A stretch of DNA of 64,000 bases. It comes from Acanthaster planci (lineage: Eukaryota). Shown in pieces: positions 54,401 through 64,000 of this stretch (positions within the stretch are counted from its first letter, which is position 1; each line of letters begins with the position of its first letter). The translations under genes were made by a program, and so were the position numbers. Location: positions 3,330,934-3,394,933 of the forward strand of contig NW_019091356.1 of the NCBI RefSeq assembly GCF_001949145.1. Reading direction: 5' to 3'. Under the pieces are notes generated by a model. That model saw only the letters and a program-made list of their open reading frames with translations. It was not told the origin of the DNA and made no database searches.

Positions 54401-57400
54401 GTCTAAAAATCAAGTGTGAGCAGTGATTGAAAAAAATTGGCTGCCGGGTTTATTGACTTTTCTGACAATTAGAATTTGATGGTGTCTTCAGTCTAGATGG
54501 CATTGTGATTTGTCAGAACGCTCACACATTTGAAGTTTAAGATGGCATTTCAAATGCAGCACTAGCGTAGCACCAAGGCGGTAACGGTGCTTTGTCGGAT
54601 CAGGCTGTAGTCGGGGGTCCATACCACAGCACATTTTACTCTATGCAGTTACCGTCTTCAGTTCAAATTTTGGTTGTCTTCTCCATCGTTACTGTTCCCA
54701 CGCAGGTTCTTCAGAGCTTCTCCCAAAAGGAACTGGATTCCTACGCCAAGGCGGGGGCCATCGCCGAAGAAGTCCTCTCCTCCATCAGAACGGTGGTGGC
54801 GTTTGGTGGACAAGAAAAAGAAGTTGACAGGTTAGCTCTCATTCCTGACACATTAGGGCTGCGATTCAGTGACATTGTTGGATGGACCGGTAAAATTGCT
54901 TTTTTGACTTGTTGAGGTACAGTGCTTGGTTTGTGCACAGGTGACCTGTTGAAGAACTGTCTCAAATGGTCAGTTCCATTTTTTGTTCTTGTAGATATTC
55001 TGTCAGGCTTTCTGAAGCGAAAAACCAAGGAATCAAGAGAAATACAGCCCAGGCTGCCGGTATCGGCATCGTGTACCTGGTTATGTTTGGTGCCTATGGC
55101 TTGGCTTTCTGGTAAGCACCGGTATTATAAATATGTTACGTTACCTTTGAGTTATTCGACCATTGTCGAATTGACATGCTTGTATTGCTGTAGCATTACA
55201 CCTGTAGAATCTTTTTGTTGTCCAAGTGTCTTCATTGTTATATTCTGCCATCATCTTGGCAGTGAAATCAAGTTTTGTTGACACAGAGTATGTATTGTGG
55301 TTAATTTTCATAGGTATGGTACAACGCTGTTCTTGAGCGCTGAACTGGAGCCAGGAGACATCCTTGTGGTAAGTTTGACACCAGTCTTTCCTCTTGATGA
55401 AGTTTGATAATTGTATCTCAAAAGTATCTCAGAGCGTTAGGATCAGTAAAAGGGAAAGACAGCATTCCTGAAGATGTCATGTCGTGGAATTTTATTTCTT
55501 TTGATGTGAAATGTTTTTCTTCTTTATTCGTTTGGCTATCAGGTGTTTTTTTCGGTGTTGTTTGGCGCTTTCTCCTTGGGTCAGGCTGGACCGAACATCG
55601 GCAATATCTCCCAGGCCAGGGGGGCGGCAGCTGCTGTCTGGAAAATCATCGACCAAGTGAGGCCAGAAATCATTTTTTCTCGATGGTGTCATAATTCAAA
55701 CTTGCTCTTCATCGCTTCCTATCGAGTTTGATGCTAGCTTCTCAAAGTCTTGGTTTCACTGGCTGACGTCTCTACTCATACCATTAGTGCTGGTTAGGCC
55801 ACTGTTTAGCAGACATATGCTGCTTAGTGAAATTTTTGCATTGAGCAAAACTGTGTGCTGGTAAATTTTTGAAGTCAGGGTACCATCAACCCAGCAACTT
55901 CTTTTTAGCAAAATTTATCTTCTGTGAGATTCTTGGACCCAGCTGTGTGTGCTTTTGTAATAGCAACTCTGCAGACTTTGGCTTTTGTGTGTGTTTGTCC
56001 CTAAGCAAGGCGCTTTGACTTGATAACGTATTCTCACCATGCTGTCTGATTCCCAACTCATGCAGGTGCCCAGTATAGACAGTAGTTCAGAGAAGGGTCT
56101 GAAACCAGACTCCCTGACTGGTGACATCAGCTTTGAAAGTGTTCATTTCTTCTATCCCTCCAGGCCCGAAGTCAAGGTACCAAGTTCTTTCAGGGTTTCT
56201 TTTAATTTACCGGTTTTACCACATGATTATGAAATGTAATTTGTAGCAATCTGCCAATGATTTTGAACTAGGTTTCAATCTAGGACCAACAAATCCCCAG
56301 ATGGAGAAAAGGTGTATAACAGTTATTACCTTTAACGTGCATTTGTGTAATTGTTGCCCATGATTTGTGTTCAGCTGAGGTACAGCAAACATTCCAAGTC
56401 CTGGGAGAAGTCATCTCTGCTGTTGGAAGTTGGAGAACTGCTATTATGAAACAACATCAGAAATTCAGAGATGCACATATTTTTGTGGCCCAATAGGTCT
56501 TGAATGGTTTAGACCTGGAGGTCAAGCGGGGTCAGACGGTTGCGCTGGTGGGTAGCAGCGGTTGTGGGAAGAGCACCACCATTCAACTCATCCAGCGATT
56601 CTACGACGCCGCACAGGGAACGGTAAGTCAGCGTGCTAGGTTCACAGTGTATGCTAATTCAAGTTTTGTTGGAAAACACTGTGTTTGAAATGTGAAATCC
56701 TTCACTCTTTGAAGGTGAGAATTGACGGCAACGACATCAAAGACCTGAATGTGAAATGGCTGCGTCAACACACGGGCGTGGTCAGCCAGGAACCCATCCT
56801 CTTTGGCTGCTCCATCGAGGAGAACATCCGTTACGGTCGCATGGACGTGACCATGGAGGAAATCATGACTGCGGCCAAAGAGGCCAATGCCCACGACTTC
56901 ATCTCGGCACTTCCACAGGTGAGAAAATAGTTTGGGATGCAACACATAAGGCCATTTCTAAATAATTTGGCTGTAGCTAGAAATTATGCACAAGTCTATG
57001 GCAGTGGCTGCAGCCGGTTCCCATAGAGCCGTGTGTAATTGTAAGCCACAGCCAAGTCATTCAGCCACAGAATAATTGCAAAGGAGGCCAGTGGGCCATA
57101 GCGTCACATTGGTACTTCTGCCGATAGTGAAATAGTTTTTGAGGAAATCAGCGAAAAACAATAGAAAACATAACCAGCCATAACTCCGTCTCTGCATTGT
57201 CAACTAGATTCAGTTTTGGAGAAGAATTAAAAAAATTGAAAAGTAGAAGTAAGAATGCGTGAGTAAGAAAGTGAAATAAAGTTCTGTGTTCTTCTGAAGC
57301 AGACAAGAAGTGATGGATTTTATGTACCATGGTTCTAATAGGGTTACGAGACTTTGGTTGGTGAGAGAGGAGCCCAGCTGTCTGGAGGCCAGAAGCAGCG

Positions 57401-60400
57401 CGTGGCCATCGCGAGGGCGCTGGTCCGCAATCCCAAGATCCTCCTGCTGGACGAGGCCACCTCAGCCTTGGACACGGAGAGTGAGGGCACCGTCCAAGCA
57501 GCGCTGGACAAGGCCCAGAGCGGCCGGACCACTGTGGTCATTGCTCACCGCCTGTCCACCATCCGCAATGCCGACGTCATCTGTGCCTTCAAGGACGGTT
57601 TGGTGGTGGAACGGGGCACCCACGCCGAGCTGATGGCGCTAGAGGGCGGTGTTTACCAGCAGCTGGTCTACATGCAGTCGCGCAAAGAGGAGAAACCAGA
57701 GGAAGGAGAGAAGTCGGAAGATGATCTTGACGATGACGACAAAGAAGAGGAAGAAGAAATCAAGAAAGAAAGTAAGCATCTTGAGAAACTTCTTCATGAT
57801 TCCTGGAAAAACAAGAGAACAAAACAGGGTTTTTAGAATTCAAAATTTTGCCTGTGAATAATCAGAAAGTATACCACAAAACATGCTTAAGACAAAAATA
57901 GCTAAGCAATGACCAGTGGTAGAATAAGTATATGGAAGTTGGTGGATGTATTCATGGCACATAACTATGAGTTACTTTTGACATAGGGTTTTCCGCCTTA
58001 CAGCTAGTCTTGCAAAACTGTCACACACATGCCGCCATCTTAGCCAAATTTCATGGTAGTGAATATTGTGGGCTGTTTGGGAATATTAAACAAAGGTCCA
58101 TATGCTTCAGTGCACCATGTGACATTGTAGCGTTGCTTTGCGCTTGTCCATGTTGATATGCAGATCCAAACTTCCATGATATAAATTTATTGCTCAACTT
58201 TCAAAACCGGTGTTGTTTTTTTGCTCTTTGCTAACCAACTTCTAAGCTCCTAAAAAAAGTGGAGTGGTGATAAACGACAGTAAGTGGATACGTTTGAGAG
58301 ATTTTTTGATGTAGTCCTGTGCATAAGTGTCATCTTTAGAAATAGTGGACGGGACTTTGTGTTTTGTGCTGGTTGACAAAAGTCGCTGCCCAACCATTTT
58401 GCTTGTCTTTTGACTTTGTTCCAATTTCTTTAATGTGTCTGTTTGCTGGATTTTATTTTCTCACTGAGGCTTTCTTGCTTGTTATTTTTGATAATGGTAT
58501 CAATTACTCTTTTGTTGTGGAAAACTTTCATGTTCATGGGATGTTTGGGGTTTTCAGCTGTTCTCTTGTGCTTTTTGTTTTCACAAAGTGGTTTTTGAGA
58601 AATGTATTTGAGAACTGAATGATACTTGCATGTGTAACAGAGCTTTATAATGGGGCAGCCATCTTGTTTATCCACTGTTGGAAGTGATGCAACCAAACTG
58701 AGGCTGGAAGAAAAATAGTCTGTTTCCTTTTATCGATATGAACATTTGTATTACTTTTGTCAGTTGGTATACTGTTGCAAGACTAAAATGGCTGCATCAT
58801 GATAAAAGTCCATTCCTGCCGACCTTTCACAAAAAGACCTCAAATGTGCAGCTGTCGGGACAGCGTTCGTATGCAAAAAAGAGGAAACAAACAGTTTTGA
58901 AAAAAAAGGTCCCTTTCCGGCCCTTTGTTGAATTAGAATGCAAAGTAAAAGCGAGCTTCTTGACTGTCTCACTTGAACTTTACACCTGTTTACTTTTGTC
59001 GGATTTATCGGTATGCTTGCTGGTTTGAGAGGGTTATGAAATCAGTCGTATTTTTGGTACTGCCCACTCCGTGTATCTGTTTACCTCTTTTTGGTTGGAG
59101 CGATAAAAAGATATGGGTCCAAAGTTCAGTAACTTCAGTTCTCGTTATTTTTATCCAGATGGTCTGATTTCCTGTTTTGGTCATGAAAAGTAGATCCAAA
59201 ACCTGTGTGGAGACCTCTCCATGTGAGGAAGTTGTTTTTCTTCACGTCCTTTGAAGGTCAACAAGTTGACATAGAAATTGCTTGTTTAGACTGATTGTTC
59301 TCTGGAAAAGTCTGAGCATTTAGAGTAGTTTTTCTGTTTGCTTACCTTCCAAAGTTGCTTTTAAAAATATTCTGTCTGGCTTCCAGTGCAGTCACCTATA
59401 TGTACCAATTCTTTCATGAGGGAGTCATGCTTTTTTGCCTTTCTATTTGCTTGCTTTTGCCCCTTAAACATTCACATCTGACTGTCCTTTTATTTCCAAA
59501 CCTGAACCATAAACAGAACGTGAAAAAGATGTGGGTAAGTTATAAAAGTCTCCAAAGCTATCATCAAAATTGTCATGTATTCATCCATGCTATTATCACA
59601 CACCACCTCAAAACATACATTTATGTGAATGATTTGTTTATATTTTTTTACCAAAGAGTAAAGCAGAAAGTGTGCTCTTTTTTTGATCATGAGAAAAGCC
59701 CTGTGGGAAAATCATCTGCTCTTTATTGTAATTTTCTGTTTCCAGTGGTATACGATATTTTGCATCCTGTATCTTGAGTAGATATTTAAACAAATTTTTG
59801 GTCAAGCTTGAATCCCCAAATTGACATGAAGGGAATCTGAAGCGTTCTATAAACTGAGCCACATGGGCGTGTGACAATCTCATCGGCAAAATGCTCTTGA
59901 AAAGTTGTTCCCAAAACCACATCGTCAACAGTTGTTTCTGAAACATTTGAAAAGTCAGAGCAATTTTTATCAGAGTTGATGTTTAAAGACAGGGCTGACT
60001 TTTCCCCCCTTTCTCCTGAAAGAATTCACTGACCAAAGATGGGAGAGGAGTAGATCTGAAGCTAAAATAGGCTCAACTTTCATGCACATGCATTTCTTTC
60101 ACTGTCATCCCTACTCGTTTCACACTGGTATCTGCCACCCTTTCCAAATGATTTGTGATCAGTACAGAAACAGTCTCATCAAAAGTGCTTGAAAACATCG
60201 GGGGAAAAAAGCTGAAAGTTACGTTTTGAAATGTACATTATAGCCAATTTTGGTAAATTTTGAAGCATTTAGAGTTCTTTTTGTTTTGATGTCACAACAT
60301 TGTCATAGTTGGACTAGTGGAGCATTTTTGCACGGAGTCAACAAATCCTCATCAAATCATGCGCAATGCATTGTAGTCTCAAAGAGCTGCTAGCTACACA

Positions 60401-63400
60401 AAATTGGCTTTACGAACAGCAGCTGACAAATGAAAATACATGACCAAAACTTACATGTTAATGTCTAGCAGTGCTGTTTCCCTGTCAAAATAAGCCTTTA
60501 ACATTAATGTCATCAAGTGGTCAAACGCAAATGTCTTTCAAGAGAAAGCAGGTAAACCAACCAAATTCTCATGGTAATATATAGTGCACCTCACCGGTTC
60601 ACTGCTGACGCTGTAATTTTTCCCAAGGGACGTACCGGGTAAAATTCTTGATTTTGGCTTAGTATAGCACATACATCTATGGAAAGTGCTGGCTAATGGC
60701 TGGGGCTTTTTCCCAAAGATGTCAGTGAGCTTGCTAGCCACAGCCAAGTAACGTAGACATGGCCATGCTAACCGCTTAGCAGCTCTGTGAAGTTAACCTC
60801 CTCTCATGCCCATACATCCTGGTTTTGAAATTCATCATCTTTCCTGTCTCTTTTCTTTAAAATTCAAAGTGGAAGGAATTTGGGGAACTCATCCACACCT
60901 GTTTAATAGATTTGATATCTCGTTTAACACTTATCACTTCTTGGTATTTTGTTGTGGCCATTTTAAATTCTTGCCATAAATATTTGTGACGTCCTTTGAC
61001 ATGTGAATCATTGTGGTGACAGGTGTGCTTGGTAATCAATTAAACAAATCAGAAGTGAACTTGATGTTATAACCAAAATGGTTTTCATGGGTTTAATCTA
61101 CAATGTCAATAAAGAGCAGGTAATCAACAGGAATTACTTGAGAGGTTTTCTTTGGACTTGAAAAACAAAAATAATTGCTTGTTTAGTAGATAAGGTTCAG
61201 TAGGGGTGAAGGGCAAAACCCCGGCTGAGTAAAACATATTTAAAAGATCACAGCAAGGAAGCATCATCTCAAACATGCTGTCGAAAAATTTCTTTTCAAA
61301 ATGTACAAATATGGAAAGCTGTCGATAATGGGAGACTTTGAGATGCTTGTAGCAGCAGACCCACCGGTCCTTTTTTAATACAGTATTGAACATGTTCAGA
61401 ACAATGCTCACATGCTCAGAACTGGTAAAACAGACCGGTGTGTTTCCTGCCACCAAGAGTCTCAAAGTCTTCCATTGAAGTACAATCCATGGTTCCTGAT
61501 TATGGCAGCGTCTACAGGCAGGCCCCTCTCTGGGTGTCTCTTTGTCCTCTGAGACCGTCATTGTCTCTGCTTTGTCTCCGTTGGGCCTCGCGCTTCAGTT
61601 TTATGGGTTTAGTCCCCTGATTTCATGATCCCCCGGTGCAGTACAGTGCAGCTACATTTTTGCTGCAAGAACACTAACTTGTCCAGTGTGCGATGCCCAA
61701 GTTAGAAGTCTTTCATTTTGGTTCCGATGGCGAATATTTGGAAATGATTCAGACGAAGCCAAACTTGATACAAAGCTCTGATTTGGGAAATGGCCCCAGA
61801 CACTTCGGCGGTTTCATAGACGGAAAATGCGATCTATTGAACTGTTGGTTCTTTGTCTACAGAGGGCGCTGCATTGATGGACAGTGCTCGGGCTGACACC
61901 CCAGGCACACCCCATGCTCGTACATCCAGCTTCAAGGGACTAAAGCGCATGGCCTCTACGGTGTCTACTCACTCCAAAGAAGGGGAAGAAGAGGTATGGA
62001 GTGCAGAAGCTAACAAAGAAAATCCCGATTATTTCAAGTGGCCAATCCTTCTCCAAGATTCTCCAAGATCTTGGGTAGATTTTGAAGGACCACGGAGGGT
62101 TCCAAATTTGAACCCAAAAAGTTTTTTCTGGTAGCAGTTGATGATTTATTTTTTAAATCCTTTTAATTTCATTTCAATTTTCAGGAAGATGAGAAGGAGG
62201 TCCTTAAAGCTTTCAGTGCTGGTCGTATCATGAAACTCAATGCTCCTGAGTGGTTTTACATTCTCGTGGGCAGCATTGCAGCCGGTATCAACGGCGCTGT
62301 GCAGCCCGCCTTTGCCGTGGTCTTCAGTCGGATCTTGGAGGTAAAAGCCTTTTTTTTAACCGTTGAACTCTGCGAGATACACAGATGATGGGCTAAACAA
62401 AAAGTCCCATATTGACACCTACTAAGCCCCTTCTCATAGGCCTCTTACACAAGCGAATAGAGGAAATGTACCCTTCCCTAGACAATTCAGTTTAGCACCT
62501 AATGACACCTTTGCACCCCAGGAATCCTATTTGGCACCCTCTGAGAATTCTCCTGTCTGGTTTTGTCTCCTAGGTCTACAGCTTGGACAAAGTTACCCAA
62601 TTGGACGAGATTAACCGTCGAACCACCCTGTATTGTCTGCTCTTTGCTGGACTTGGTATTGTCACCATGGCAGCAAGTCTTGTGCAGGTGAGTTGGTAGC
62701 TCGCCGTTGAGAATCATACCCACCCTTTTTAAGGTTCTTGTTCCTTATGGAACCACATTGGTCTTTGTTAATGTTCTGCGTTCTTCTCAGAATGCACATA
62801 TTTCTTTCGGATGTAATCACAGGAGGTCCATGGTAGTGAGCCCTTTTTCAGAATTTCTTTGTGCTAATTCTCAGGGTGCAGCGCTTGGAAAATCAGGGGA
62901 AGAACTGACGATCCGACTGCGACACATGGCATTCAAAGCGATGCTTCGACAGGTAATAACCCCCGTTATACCTCCCAGGCAAAAGTAGGAGTTTGTCTGA
63001 ATCAACTGGCTGTGGCTGACTGCAACACAGGAATCTATGGGAATGGACTATAGCTGCTAGCTAGTGGCTTCCATTGGCACGTGGTGGGTCTAGCCGTAGC
63101 CATATCATTCATGATAGCCAGTGTTCTCCATTGGTGCATGTGTTAGATCTAGCCATAGCCATAGCCGTAACACTCTTGCTAGCCAGTGGTCTCCATTGGT
63201 GCAGGTCTCAGGTCTAGCCAAAGCCATAACATTCATGGACAGCCGTCTAGTCCAAGTTCAATATCTTTAAAATCCATGCCAAAATCCACATCCATCGTGA
63301 CATTAAAAAACGTTAAAGAATACAGAGACAAGTCCAACCTCACCCACCACTTTGTCTTGGGCTCCAGCGGAGTTTTACCATTTTTGTACTTGTACGTTTT

Positions 63401-63920
63401 TGGGTTGCAGGAGATTGGATGGTTTGATGACAAAAAGAACAGCACCGGTGCCCTGACAACAAGACTAGCCACAGAAGCTTCTCAAGTCCAGGGGGTAAAT
63501 TCTGTCCTAAATGTTTTCACAGTGCTAAGAAACATCACCCATGATCAGCATGCCAGTATTTAAATGTTAATTCTATCTTTAATATATGTAAGTTCCCCCT
63601 CACTGACTCCCCAAGGATTGTGTTTAAACACCTTGTTCCATTGATCTGTTTCAGTGTTAAAAGAACTAGAATTCCACCTTGATTTCATTATTTATATCTT
63701 GTCGGGTACCCACCAGGCCACCGGTGCCCGTATCGGTGTCATGATGCAGTCCATCTGCAACATTGGCGTGGCCATCATCATCGCTTTCATCTATGGTTGG
63801 CAACTGACGCTGCTGGTACTGGCCTTCCTCCCTTTCATCGCCATCGCCGGCGCCATCGAGTGGCAACTGGTGCAGTCCTCGTCACAACAGGACAAGGACG
63901 CCCTGGAGATCTCGGGAAAG
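51431..63920 (+). CDS. ABCB1: ABCB1/MDR1-type P-glycoprotein (full ABC-B transporter), 3'-partial
   Basis: Exons 51431-51682, 52148-52338, 52623-52835, 53761-53932, 54706-54830, 54995-55111, 55314-55368, 55543-55656, 56066-56176, 56497-56622, 56715-56918, 57342-57771, 61863-61993, 62185-62340, 62574-62687, 62875-62952, 63411-63494, 63717-63920, continuing beyond the window. TMD1 ([26 protein letters not shown]), NBD1 ([40 protein letters not shown]), acidic linker, start of TMD2. The exact ABCB1/4/5-clade paralog is not resolved. Confidence 0.93.
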
Positions 63921-64000
63921 GTACGGAGAGGGTCACTGAGTTGCAGGCAGCAATATTGAACCTGGGCCTCTGAGAAAATGTCATATTTTGCATTGACACT

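Overview
Eukaryotic, intron-rich animal DNA; an invertebrate is likely and an echinoderm/invertebrate deuterostome is my low-confidence guess from repeat style. Five spliced protein-coding genes can be assembled by hand with canonical GT-AG introns and consistent phases: ARL5 (+), RACGAP1/CYK-4 (-), ATP5F1B (+, head-to-head with RACGAP1 across <200 bp), a C10orf67/DUF4709-like coiled-coil gene (-), and the 5' part of an ABCB1/P-glycoprotein (+, running off the window). Two features are not explained by the ORF track. First, three paralogous box H/ACA snoRNAs sit in ATP5F1B introns 2, 6 and 8; their 3' pocket fits the 18S rRNA uridine equivalent to human U1347 (SNORA4/snR83 target). Second, an inverted ~88%-identical copy of the first ABCB1 coding exon, with its donor but without its ATG, lies 15 kb upstream, next to the C10orf67-like start. 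Also present: a candidate RACGAP1 cassette exon, several MITE families (two with apparent 6-bp TSDs), a 34-bp minisatellite and one 111-nt N gap. All coordinates were read by hand and no database search was run.
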